From: Chromera velia
Taxonomy: Eukaryota
Length of the DNA stretch: 55,659 bases
Assembly (NCBI GenBank): GCA_018398765.1
Contig: JAHBMJ010000160.1
Coordinates: forward strand, 1-55,659
Direction of reading: 5' to 3'
In this document: one piece after another, positions 26,361-38,560 of the stretch
How positions within the stretch are numbered: position 1 is the first letter of the stretch
Layout: each line of letters opens with the position of its first letter
The notes under the pieces: generated by a model
Told to the model about the DNA's origin: nothing
What the model saw: the letters and a program-made list of their open reading frames with translations, nothing else
Database searches by the model: none
Translations under genes and position numbers: made by a program

Positions 26361-29309
26361 CAGAGTGGACTCCAAAGTAGAACTTAGTGGAATCTAAAAT
26401 AACTTTTAAATTTACTATATTCTAGCTTCATTATAAAGTAAAACTAGGTTATTTGAAGCAATTTAGAGCCTTTTAAAGCATTTAAAATCGTCACTCTTGT
26501 GCGAATCTGCTCAAATGTGCTCAAAAGACTGGTTGATTAGCTAGGGTGCATGGTGGGAAAAATTACGATCACCGTGGCACGTAGAAGTTAGTGAACCTCG
26601 GGTCCGGAAGGTGTTCTGAGACTGTTTTGGGTCAGGGACCTCGAGTTGGGTCGGACACCCCCCCCCCCCACGGTTTAGAAGTCCGCACTTCTGAACCTTG
26701 GGCAAAGGGGGTCAAACCCCCCCGCCGCCAGGTCCAGACATGGGCTAATCGTAGGTCCGGGAGGCGCCGCCACGGGGCTAGAGGGGGGGGCGGCACCCTG
26801 CCCCTTCGACGCACGCAGCCGACTTTGCCTCTGTCGGCCAATAATCGGGTCTGAAGTCTCTTGTCCATCTTGAAGGTCCACAGGTTCAAAACTGCGGAGT
26901 TCTGAACCTCTGAGCAAACAGACTTTTCCCATAGAAATGTTATCACAAAAAGCGCTCTGTCAGATGTCTTCTGATGGTTTCAGAAGATGTCTGACAGAGC
27001 GTTTTCTCGGTTTTGACTTTTTTTTCGGGAGTGTACTTTCGGGGCTCTGGAGGAGACGGCTGCAACAACAGTTGCTGGGTCACCTCGGGTCGGCATGAAG
27101 TGGAGCTTGCAGGTGGGTCCAGTGGAGACCAGCCGTCTTGATCTTGCTTCCAACGTCTTTCTGCTTGCTGCTGCTCCTCCTGTTCAAGCGGGGAAGGGCT
27201 GCCGGCCTTATNNNNNNNNNNNNNNNNNNNNNNNNNNNNNNNNNNNNNNNNNNNNNNNNNNNNNNNNNNNNNNNNNNNNNNNNNNNNNNNNNNNNNNNNN
27301 NNNNNNNNNNNNNNNNNNNNNNNNNNNNNNNNNNNNNNNNNNNNNNNNNNNNNNNNNNNNNNNNNNNNNNNNNNNNNNNNNNNNNNNNNNNNNNNNNNNN
27401 NNNNNNNNNNNNNNNNNNNNNNNNNNNNNNNNNNNNNNNNNNNNNNNNNNNNNNNNNNNNNNNNNNNNNNNNNNNNNNNNNNNNCCAACTCGAAGTCCCT
27501 GACCCAAAACAGTCAGAGAAGGTGTTCTGAGACTGTTTTGGGTCAGGGACCTCGAGTTGGGTCGGACACCCCCCCCCCCCACGGTTTAGAAGTCCGCACT
27601 TCTGAACCTTGGGCAAAGGGGGTCAAACCCCCCCGCCGCCAGGTCCAGACATGGGCTAATCGTAGGTCCGGGAGGCGCCGCCACGGGGCTAGAGGGGGGG
27701 GCGGCACCCTGCCCCTTCGACGCACGCAGCCGACTTTGCCTCTGTCGGCCAATAATCGGGTCTGAAGTCTCTTGTCCATCTTGAAGGTCCACAGGTTCAA
27801 AACTGCGGAGTTCTGAACCTCTGAGCAAACGGACTTTTCCCACAGAAATGTTGTCACAAAAAGCGCTCTGTCAGATGTCTTCTGATGGTTTCAGAAGATG
27901 TCTGACAGAGCGTTTTCTCGGTTTTGACTTTTTTTTCGGGAGTGTACTTTCGGGGCTCTGGAGGAGACGGCTGCAACAACAGTTGCTGGGTCACCTCGGG
28001 TCGGCATGAAGTGGAGCTTGGAGGTAGGTCCAGTGGACACCAGCCATCTTAGTCTTGTTTTCAACGTCTTTCTGCTTGCTGCTGCTCCTCCTGTTCAAGC
28101 AAGGAAGGGCTGCCGGCCTTATCTAGGTGTTAAAGTACTGTTGCCCTCATCGCTCTCCTTACTCTTTCCTTGCAAGTCACAGTCTTGGGAGCCCCGGGAT
28201 CAACCCCCAGGTCAGCCTGTCCGGACCTGCTGCTTTTTAGGCTCTTGGTCTTTTCCTTGGGACCTTGTGCACGCAGAATAAGCTAGACAGAAGTGCTTCT
28301 TTGACTGCACAAAGCGTGAACGCCTGTCCCTCCATATTTGCAGGTGTTGGTGGACGGAGACTTAAAGACACCTGCAGGTCAGTTAAGGAAGCGCGGCTCG
28401 CTCTCTCGCTTTGCATGATGATTTGCTTAGCATCCAGCTTCTTTGTTCTGCTAGGAGCTTGACAGAAATGCAAAAGGGAGGTCACTGAGAGAGGGTCGAT
28501 GGAGAGTTTGCTGGAGCCTCCATTTTTTGACCGCCTTTTCTGAAGCTTTGCACAGCTCTCAGTCCTGCCAGACATTTTTCCACCCAGAACAATCGCTCAG
28601 CTTTCATACATTTGAATGTCTTCCACTTGCTCCATATATGTCAGTCCTTGAAAGCGGTCCGTACTATCCCGACGCAAGTGCTCCTTACTCATTCATCCTT
28701 TCTCATTTGTGACACTCTGTACTAGTCTCCCTCTCTAGCTCCCTCTAAACATCTGGATCTACCTACGGACCTGTCCTTCTTTTTCACAGTTTCTCAGTGA
28801 CATACGCAGAACGAGTTGCAAGCTTTTGCGCTGTGTAGTGTGAGTTCTTTATAAAAAGAATTATGTTGTCTCTGTGCTCTGTTTCTAGGCTCTGTTTTCT
28901 CTGACCCCTGCTGACCGCCTGCTGTCCGGTCTGACCAGCCTAGCTGTGAAGCCCTCCTTCCTGCACTGTTTCCCTTGTAGAAGAAGCAATTCTTTGTAGT
29001 TGATTGGCGGCGCTAAACGTTGCTTTTGAGCGTATCCATTAGTGTTGTGCCTGTGTATTTCTTTACAGGTAACATTCACTAACTTCTACGTGCCACGGTG
29101 ATCGTAATTTTTCCCACTATGCACCCTAGCTAATCAACCAGTCTTTTGAGCATATTTGAGCAGATTCACACAAGAGTAACGATTTTAAATGCTTTAAAAG
29201 GCTCTAGATTGCTTCAAGTAACCTAGTTTTACTTTATAATGAAGCTAAAATATAATAAATTTAAAAGTCACTTTAGATTCCACTAAGTCCTACTTTGAAG
29301 TCCACTCTG
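26361..29309. mobile_element. Foldback/long-TIR element: ~235-bp inverted repeats enclosing ~2.5 kb non-coding cargo
   Basis: 26361-26595 (CAGAGTGGACTCC...GAAGTTAGTGAA) is the reverse complement of 29075-29309 (TTCACTAACTTC...GTCCACTCTG) with scattered mismatches; CA...TG termini; no matching TSD. Confidence 0.75.
26608..28122. repeat. Direct duplication of ~600 bp on both sides of an N gap (27212-27484)
   Basis: 26608-27211 matches 27519-28122 (offset 911) with several substitutions near its right end; may be partly an assembly effect. Confidence 0.8.
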
Positions 29310-32151
29310 TTTTTGTCTGCTGATGCTTCCAGACACGGCCTCTTTGTTATCCTTCCTATTGCAAAGATTGAGGGTGGTCAGATGAATTTGCGCATGATGG
29401 AATACTTATGTATTCGTGCATATAAACCTATATGGAATACAGTTGGTGTGTTGAGGAGATTCAAGAATGACCCGGTGCGTAATTTGAGGGACCCTAATAA
29501 AAGGGATGTTCGCTTAATTGCGTGCAGGTATAGTGACAGGGTCTCAAGTCTGAGGAGGAGACTTGAATCTTCTGTTCACATGTCGAAGTTGGCGGGAAGA
29601 GTTGATAAAGGGGGCATTTTCCAATCTCGCTCCCTTTTCCTCTACAGGGTCACTGGTGAAGAGGGTGTGGGGGCGAAAAGAGGGGAAGGGGACGTGATTT
29701 CTCTTTTTCGTGCACGACTGCTGACTGCATTGTTCAAAAAGGTCCTTCCCGATTCGTCTCTTTGTTCATTTGATGCAACAGAGAATGATTTGAGTGCATG
29801 TATGCGCATGGTGCCCAGGGGCGGGATTCTTGGGGGAGGGAGGGCAACTTTTGACTTGAATGTGAGACAAATGTGCGAGTTGAATGGCTGGTCAGCAGCG
29901 ACTTTGCTCAGAGGGGAGCTGATTACGATTCGGGTGCCCCTCGCTGACTTGTCTTTTTTCTGATCTTTTTATTTTACCATGTTTGAGGAGATAAGGAAAA
30001 CTGTGTCTCCATTGTCAAACGTGAGGCTTCGCCTTCTCCCTACAAAGCTGACTGATCTCCAACAGACTTTGGACAATACATATGAGATTTGTGGGGAAGG
30101 AGGAGGGGGTGAAGGTTCTTTTTGTGGATCGTCATATCATTGTAGAGAGATTGCAGAATTATTTAATCTTCCTTTGCTTGATAGTCATGTGTGTTGTCTA
30201 CTGTCTGCGTCTTCCTCTCTCAGATCTTTCTTCTCTCTTCCTCCTCACTTTTCTTCCAAGGCCAAATTATGGCCTAACACTGGTGCATGGAATATTGTTT
30301 TAAAGGGTATTAAGTCTTTCCTCTGTTCTGTTCTCACTTCTGATGGTGGCACTCGAGAGGGGGTTGGTCTAGGGAGGACAATGGGAAAGGGGAGCGGGAG
30401 GGAGAATACAAGAGGCAGGTCGATAAAAGGGGTTTTGTCTCCTGCAATGATTGCTGACCTTTGAGAGCGGTGGGTTTCAACGCTTTCATATCCTCAGGCA
30501 AATAAGAAAGGGGCCGGCCGTCCCAAGGAAGTCTATGGCAATCAGAAAGTTATTGACTCCTCTAGCGGTTGTGCTAGTTGACAAGGCTAGAGGAGATCTG
30601 GCTTTTTTATGTAAAGGGAAATACATTGAGGCAGTGGTGAGAGCTTTTCTTTTTGATTCTTCTTATGGAAGAATTGGGGAGGGTGAGTTTTCTGTTTCTC
30701 TGGACCTTCTGGAGAATGGTTTTCCAAATGAAAAGGATGCATGGGTGTCTTTTTTGAATCAGTTCAAGAAATTCGACAGGAAGAAACACCACTTTGAGAT
30801 TGGGATCCTTTGGGTGAAACGCAAGTCTTAGGGCGTTGAGGGGGAGCTCCCTGAGTCTTGGTCCTCTTTGAAGTACAGGCCATTGGTATCTTACAAGAAA
30901 CACGCCAGACGTGAGATTTTCTCTTTCTTTTGCAAGGCTTTGAATGGCTATCCTTCTTACTTTTCGCCATATTGTGACTTTGACTCTGTCTTTGCTTTTT
31001 AGGATAAGGTTGGGACCTTTAATTTAGGGTTTGAGAGACTTGCAGATCGTGGCTCTTGTGTTTTTTCTAATTCGTATTGGCCTCGGGGTGGACTTGGTCT
31101 GCTGGTGGACGACATCAAAGCATTTTTTCCCTTTCTACCCAGAGCTGATTTCCTTTCTTATTTGAATGACTTTGTTTATTTCATTCATTCTTCCTCTAGA
31201 TATTGCTTTGTTGTGTTGCCCACCCATAAGTCTTTTTGTATTAAGGAGGCGGGTCTGGGAGAGGGTGAGAAGTGGTATTCTCGGAGACGTTACTTAAAAC
31301 CTGTTGCTTTTTTATCCTCCCACTGCAATTATGTGAATGCACTTTCTTGCCCTCTTAATATGCTGGCTCGTATAATTAATTTTGATTTTGTTTTAAATGT
31401 AATTCGGGTTCGAGGGAAGATGGTTAGACAGCATGAAGGTTTTCCTCAAGGGAGTCCGTGCTCTCCTGGTGGGGCCCGATTTTTTGCCGTGTGGAAAGAG
31501 TACTTTGTTGTATTGATGAGATCAAAGCCTTCATAGGAGGGGGAGAAATGGATGGCAGGGAGATACATAGATGATAGAACGATTGTTTTTAGGACTGACT
31601 GTGGTATGAGTGACGTGCCGGATGACCCTATGATGGAAAAGTTACTTGAGGAAGACTTCTACAGTCCTGCATGCGTTTTAGAGCATCAAAAGGGATCTAC
31701 GGTGCTTGGTCTGCGTCTTTTCTCATTGCCGGAATCTCCTTCGATTTTGCTTTTTGCTGCTGTTAATCCTAACCGTGATGTTCTTTTTAATTTCTTTTGT
31801 GATTTGGTTGCTTTTTCTTTGTTGCCCATTTCTGGAGGATGGTCGTCTTTTTCTAACCTGCCTTCACTTTGTAGAGTACGTCTGATGCATGCTTTCTCCT
31901 GTGTTCCTTCTGTTTCGGCCAAGAAGGGCCTAATATCCTCTCATCTTATCCGGACACTTCTTTCTTGTAATGCACCTGCGGTTGTCCTGGTTGACGAACT
32001 TACTTTTCTGTTTTTGGAGTTGTATATTTTGAGATGGCCTGTTTCGTTTTTGCTTAATTTGTTCATGTCTGCAGTCCGTCGGACTGGTGATGATGGTCTT
32101 CGTTCTCTTTGGAAGGCGCGTTTGTCCTTTTTTTATTTTATTCTAAAATAA
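29310..32151 (+). mobile_element. Degenerate Penelope-like retroelement: GIY-YIG-like C-terminal remnant followed by RT and thumb
   Basis: RT motifs VVLVDKARGDLAFLCKGKY, KYRPLVS, LVDDIKAFFPFLP, RQHEGFPQGSPCSP, GRYIDD and TVLGLRL; PLE-type thumb HAFSCVPSVSAKKGLISSHLIR..SCN..DEL..WP. N-terminal FVILPI..LRMMEYLCIRAYKPIWN resembles the GIY-YIG E-x3-I-x4-P-x2-N end. Five in-frame stops and one frameshift. Confidence 0.85.
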
Positions 32152-33217
32152 TCTACATATGACTGATTTTTAACGTTACGGCCTTTTGTTGTCGTTTGCT
32201 TCCGCAAGTGCACCTGAGAACCGTCAGCGATAGACAAAAGACAGTGGTATGGATATGGAGGGGCGTCGCACACGGGACACTACGTGTGTTCTCTAATCAT
32301 GCCTACGGTCTATCCATCGGCTTGCAAGGATCGACGTAATACTGCGATTAATTGGCATGCTAATTTCGAGCAATTAATGCTTAGCTCGGCGTGTATGCGA
32401 AGATTCAGTCTCTGATGGTTTTTCGCATGCATGCGTTTTTTTGTATGTCGTTTAATTAGCATGTATTCGATAAATTCCAATTGAATCAGACAGCAGCCTG
32501 TTGGATTATACTGGATTATAGTAGATTGACCGTGTGCTCCTACCGACATATTTGTGCATAGACAACATAAGATCTTAGCTGTTGGAAGAGACTTTCAATT
32601 TCCTAGAATCTCCATTATGGAAATGCAGATAGTCACTGAGTGTCTACATACAATGTGTGCATGATTGCTGTGAAGGGAAATGAATTCAATCTTCCAGTCA
32701 GTATGTGGTGGTACCAGCAGACTGTATGGTATGTGGAGTGTTCGTTTGAAGGGCTTCCGCCCAAAGCCACTGTGTACAGCTTCCTCACTGTAGCCCTGTA
32801 CCGTATGTGTTCCTCGATCACCAGTGCGCCCCCTGAAAGACCCACATCCCGATCCATGCACCTGATGGAGCGGCCCAGTCCGGCACCGCGGCTGGCCCAC
32901 ATGCATACATGTATTCCGATGTGTCATGCGTGATCATGCATGCATGTAATTTGAGCAATAGATTCAGAGTCACAGAATTCGGTTGATTCACAACGAACAA
33001 TCGGATGTTGCAAAGACACACAGACTTACAGTCTTGTTAAGACAGGACCCGGCTTCATGTAACTGGGCTAGCGGAGCCCAAAGGTAGCCTATCTAATTCA
33101 CATTGGTGCAATCCCAGGCAGGGCAGACGGTCCCGCAGAATTGGGGTTCTGCTTGAACAGAAACATTGAAGTCGATATCCCTCTCTACATAGCTCTCTAC
33201 TATTGATTGATTTCGAT

Positions 33218-34268
33218 ATGGCCGATGAGAACCGAACTCCTGTTTCTAGTCAGAAGCAGCAGTTAAGCTCCTATAGGCAGAGACCTACACTGGCGGACCT
33301 GCTTGGAAAGGGGAGTCAGAAGCAGAGGAGCGGAGTCCAAGAAAAAGAGCCCCGTCCTCCTCGCTACACAGAGACTGGTGGTTTTACCAGATTCAAAGCT
33401 TGCTTTGAAAACCATAAGGAGGCGAAACAGAGATGGGTGGTGCGGTACCTTGGCATCAATTCGGATACAGCAGAAGCCGACACAGCTGCTGAAGTGCTGG
33501 ATGAGCTGGATACCCGTCTACGTCACGACTTGGTTGAGTGTGCTGAAGAAAACGACTCGTTCTTTGACGTTGTGCAGAGAGCGAGAGAGTCGGGCGGCCC
33601 AGAAAATGTTGTCCCCTTCGAAGAACAGTGGGAATTCATCCTCAGACACTACGAGACCTCTCAGATGTCCCAAAAGCTGAAGGCATTCCTCTTTTTCTTT
33701 GCTTTTCTCTTTGTTAAGGTTCCGGGGGGACCAAAGAAAAGGATTCAGCTGTTCCGAGAGTTGCTCGCAGGTTGCAGAAAATTCGGGTAGGAGCCCGATG
33801 CCTTTTCAAAGTTCGTGGTGCTTGTATGGGGACTGAGAGAAGAAGAGCAGCAGTCTATCTACAAGGACTTAAGGGATAAGACGGACTTTGATGAGGTGAT
33901 TACCTCGGTCGAAGCGTTGGCGAAGGCACAAGCAACCTCCTTTGGCAAAAGGAAAGATGAAGACGACAGAGGAGTGATGGAGACGGGACCGCTGAAAGCA
34001 GTCATGAAAAAGGTAGTAAAGGGAGGCGAGAAAACCGAGAAAGGAGAAGAGAGGGCAGCGAAAGGAAGATCCGCTGGGTCGGGGGGGAAGAGCAACGACT
34101 CGAACGACAATACAGAATCGGGGGTGAAACCGATTTTCAAGTCTATCCCCGATCGCCTCGCAAAGAGATATATGAGATGTGCGGAGGAGGAACATCATCA
34201 AGCGTCCTGTCCCTATTCCGATGACACGATCGCAAGGTGGATGATGAACGCAGCAGAGTTCAGAAACG
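33218..34268 (+). pseudogene. Gag-like ORF with degenerate zinc knuckle
   Basis: ORFs 33203-33790 and 33815-34399 are in one frame, split by TAG; YMRCAEEEHHQASC is CX2CX4HX4C with the first C replaced by Y; interrupted at 34269 by a foldback insertion. Confidence 0.72.
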
Positions 34269-34741
34269 CATGCCGGGGGCAAGTGGGGTGCTTTTTGCCC
34301 CCCCCTCTGCATAGGAGACCGGCGCTTTTCCGTAAAAAACTCATTCTAATAATTGGTAAGGAGTTAAAAGCTGAAACTTTGTGTAAGAAAACGTTGTAAT
34401 GATAGAAAAAGAACTATGGAACAGATTTTTTATATCATTTCTAGAAACATAGGCTGCCATACAAATTTTATAAGTTTTATACCGTTTTTTTTACTATTCA
34501 AAACCGTTAAAAAATGGCCTCAAAATCAAAAAATTTGTATGACAATCTATGTTTCTAGAAATGATATAAAAAATCTGTTCCATAGCTAGTTCTTTTTCAA
34601 GTTTTATCATTACAACGTCTTTTTACACAAAGTTTCAGCTTCTAACTCCTTGCTAATTATGAGAACGAGTTTTTTGCGGAAATGCACCGCTTTAGGGGGG
34701 CAAAAAGCACCTCACTCCTAGCCTCACTCGCCCCCGGCATG
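34269..34741. mobile_element. Foldback MITE (almost entirely palindromic) inserted in gag
   Basis: CATGCCGGGGGC...GCCCCCGGCATG termini with ~200-bp inverted arms; flanks CAGAAACG/CGGAAAAG match 6/8 (possible 8-bp TSD). Confidence 0.85.
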
Positions 34742-36054
34742 CGGAAAAGAAACGGACAGAGAGGGAGAACGGAAAGGAGAAGAAAAAGAGCAATAAAGTG
34801 AAGGAGAAGGAAAAGGAAAAGGAGAAGGAAGGAGGAAAGGAGAAGGGGGGGAAAAGAAAACTCTCCATCAAGAGATCAACCTCCATCTCCTTGATTGACT
34901 CCTATAAGAGGTATAATGAAATGTGGGAATCTGACTGTGAGTCTCTCATAGTCTCTCATTGACTCAGACGAGAGCGCAGATGAATGAGAAGCACTCAAGC
35001 AACTTGTCAAGAAGAGATGATAAAAAGGTTAACAGCAAGGATGGGGGGTAAATTGACTTTTGTCTTTTATTGGAATTTGCTCACCCAGTTTCAGTGCACA
35101 AGCTTGTTTTCAAAAGGCCACTGCGCTTGGGGGGTGAATATGAAACTAGAAATGCAGACAGTCACTGAGTATGTACATACAATGTGTGCATGACTGCTGT
35201 GAAGTGAAATGAATTCAATCTTCCAGTCAGTGTGTGGTGGTACCAGCAGACTATATAGTATGTGGAGTGTTCGTTTGAAGGGCTTCCGCCCAAAGCCACT
35301 GTGTACAGCTTCCTCACTGCAGCCCTGTACCATATGTGTTCCTCGATCACCAGTGCGCCCCCTGGAAGACCCACATCCCGATCCATGCACCTGATGGAGT
35401 GGCCCAGTCCGGCACCGCGGCTAGCCTACATGCATACATGTATATTGATGCGTGATGCGTGATCATGCATGCATGCAATTTGAGCAATAGATTCAGAGTC
35501 ACAGAATTCGGTTGATTCATAACGAACAATCAAATGTTGCAAAGACACACAGACTTACAGTCTTGTTAAGACAGGACCCGGCTTCATGTAACTGGGCTAG
35601 CGGAGCCCAAAGATAGCCTATCTAATTCATAATGCTATGCATTTTTAAAAATATTTAAATATCTGATAAGAGAATTGATTTTCTTTTAATATCATTTTAA
35701 TATAAAATATCACAGTGGTCGAACAGTATCTTGGATAATCCTTCTTTTATCATAATTTTTTTTAATTTTTTTTTTGTGACGATGGTTTATTTAACTTTAA
35801 GTTTTTGACCCATCATTCACTTAATTTTTTTATGAATTTCCTGTAGCCTCAATTAAAGATTATTGAATGTTCTTCATGCGACTTCAGGGCTAATTAATCA
35901 AGGTGCGATAAGCTGCCACCGGCTGCAATAGTAGGTGCCGCTTCAAGCCCCACTTTGCAACATCTTTGCAAAAAAGTGGGAACAAAATAAGGAGAGACAG
36001 AGGGACGGAATTTGAGACCTAGTTTGAGACCTATCATCATGGGCTAGATCATGA

Positions 36055-37015
36055 CTCATGAGGGAGGAAGGCGAGGAAGCAGGGAAGGAAGCATGAAGCA
36101 AGCAAGGGAGCGAGGAAGGAGGGGGCGCGACGGAGGCAGGTCCTGGCAGGGAGGCAAGGAGGGTGATCGAGAAGAAGAGAGGGATGAACTTCCGAGGAAG
36201 GAAGGAAGGAAGGAATAAAGGAATGAAGGAAGGAAGGAAGGATGGAAAAAAGGAGGAAAGGGGGGAAGGGACGAAGATGGAAGAGACGAACGGAGGGAGG
36301 GAAGGAGGGAGGGAGGAAGGTTAGGAACCGGAAGGAATAAAACAGGGAGGAAAGAAGGAATCAAGGAAAGAAAGTCTCAGTAGGAAAGAAACAGGTAGAT
36401 AAACAAGTACCAAGTAAACGAGCAAGCAAACAAAAACTGGAGAAAGGACGGAAAAAAGAAATAACAGAAAAATATGCAAAAAGAGAGGAGGCAAGCGGAA
36501 AGTGGAAGAATGAAGAAATAAAACAGGGATCGCAGACAGGAAGAAGGGAAGAAAGAAAATGCAGAAACAAAGAAGAGAGAAAAGAAGGACGGAAGGATGA
36601 AAGCACAAAAAATAAAAAAAGGGAGGAAAGAAAAAAAAAAAAAAAGAAAGAGAGAACGAAAGACATTAAGCAAGAAAAAAAGAGCGAGGAAGTCTGTCAG
36701 CTAGTGAAAGAGGCATTGAGTAAGTGGATGTCGCTTGGTGTCTGTATGAGTGAGCGAGCGGGTTGGTATATAAGTGACTGAGTGAGTGAGCGACTGAACG
36801 AGTAAGCGAAGGAGCAGAGGGAGGGAGGGAAGGAAGCTGGGATCAAAGCAGGCAGGGAAGGAGGCAGGTAGGGAGGGTCAGCGGAAAAGAGTAAGGGGGT
36901 GAGTGGATGAGCGTGAGTCAGTAAGTCAGGGGAGGAAGGCAAAGATGAAGCGATGAAGGAAGGGATTGAGGAAGAGAGTGTGTGAGCGAGTGAGTAAGTG
37001 AGCAAGGAAAGTCTT
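36055..37015. repeat. Purine-rich low-complexity tract (GGAA/GAGT-type)
   Basis: Degenerate (GGAA)n followed by (GAGT)n-like sequence. Confidence 0.85.
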
Positions 37016-37725
37016 TTCAGCAAAAATTGTGAGCATGATTGATTGTGACCAGTCCAATCCAGGCCGGAGAAGACTCAGTCCACATTTTTTCACGAAGAGA
37101 CCTTAATTCCTGACAGAGACGGGCATACATTAACAAACTGAATAGACGGAGGCAGAAAAGAAAACAGACAGAAATACCAGGCCGACGTATACGTAGGACA
37201 TTCAAGGACAGCTACATGTACGCCTTCAGTCCCAGTCAACACTGAATGCTACAAACACAAAGCAGGAACAGCTTAAGCGCTTAACGACTTTCCAAGAATC
37301 TATGATGACACACAGTCGCAGACAGCTGTGCATTGCTTCAACATCTCACCCGATGTTGGTGTGCAGCTGACAGTGTTGAAAGTTTTGGAGCAAATTGAGA
37401 GGAGAGGGATGGAGATCGATTATCGATGGCCGGCAGAGACGGCACTCTTTTTGTGGTCCCGAAAGAGGGCAAATCAACGATGTCTCTAAGTTTTTCAAAA
37501 GAACAATAACCAGACGATCCCTCTTCCTTCTTCCTTAACACGTATGCTGGAAGAGTGTGACATGTATTATTTTTTCAGTACTGACTATAAAACCATGCTA
37601 AAACCGCCTGCTTACTTTCGACGCACTGGCAGAAAGTGATAGCGGATCGATCAAACAAGGATAGGTGGTTAATTTTTGACGCTTTTTTGAGCTAATGAGG
37701 AGCGGAATGGAGCGGAGCTTTCCGG

Positions 37726-38560
37726 GGCCTTTTAGCCCTGGAAAGCGAAGCAGGGGGCACTTATAAAACAGAAATGGCCCCAGAAAGCGAAGCGGGGGGC
37801 ACTTACAAAACAAAAATACCCCAGCCCATGCATAGCCCCGGAAAGCGAAGCGGGGGGAACTTATAAAAGAAAAATACCCCAGCCCATGAATGTACGCAGT
37901 CTTTCACCAAAAAAAGGCCCCGGAAAGATCCCGCCCCAAATGGTCTAGAAAAGCGTGCATGAACCTGCGTCGTCATGCATGCGTGCGTCAGTGGCCCGGA
38001 AAAGCGGTAAGCTGCATCTCCGGGCTTTTCTCTTAGGGAAGGGGGGGTTCTGCGGCTTTTCCCACGGGGGGGGAGGGGTCGGCACGACTGCTCGGTCGGC
38101 TGGCCGGCGTGCGTCAATCGTGAAGTTCTTATTTTTTTTGCTTTCCGAGGCCGTTCACAAGCTTGCTTACGTCAGATACCCCAGCCCACGCATACATACA
38201 TGCATGCATGTATGCATGCATGCAGTGTTTTTCGCTATCTGATGCAAACAAGCTTGCAAATGGCCCCGAAAAGCAAGAAAAATGAGAACTGCACGATTAA
38301 CGTACGTCGGCTATTATATGGTGCATACATGGTATAGCGCCGACCCTCCCCCTCCCCCCGCGGAAAAAAAGCAGCGCAGAAACCCCCCCCCCCCCACGGG
38401 AAAAAAGCCTGACGGCCATCTGACGTACGTATGGCACAAATCCAGCCTTTCGCGCGGGGCCGGGTTTTTGGTGAAAGACTAGCGTCCATGCATATGGGTT
38501 GGGGTATTTTTGTTTTGTAAGTGCCCCCCGCTTCGCTTTCCGCGGCTAAAAACCCGGCCC
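37726..38560. mobile_element. Foldback-type element with internally repeated arms
   Basis: GGAAAGCGAAGCGGGGGGCACTTA unit x3 at ~37740-37870, inverted at ~38500-38545; further inverted pairs such as CTTTCACCAAAAA/TTTTTGGTGAAAG; part of the interior recurs at ~38613-38727 and ~39325-39378. Confidence 0.65.

Larger units (their letters stand above)
32620..35631 (+). mobile_element. Non-autonomous gag-only LTR retroelement 1
   Basis: ~483-bp direct repeats at 32620-33102 and 35149-35631; ...CA followed by a TGG-initiated PBS-like site TGGTGCAATCCCAGG at 33104; G-run shortly before the 3' repeat; internal gag-like ORF; no pol motifs. Confidence 0.82.

Noticed and set aside
26943..27616. ORFs spanning the N gap
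   Set aside because: Artefacts of undetermined bases.
25873..32600. Hammerhead ribozyme or pseudo-LTRs of the PLE
   Set aside because: By eye I found no CTGANGA...GAAA core with flanking stems and no duplication of the PLE 3' end; a covariance-model search is needed to exclude it fully.
29961..33790. Stop-codon recoding (three TAG and two TGA in the PLE, one TAG in gag; Naiad-type selenocysteine)
   Set aside because: Host gene models end in TAG (8324) and TGA (23332), the PLE also has a frameshift, and no SECIS was recognised; decay is the simpler explanation.
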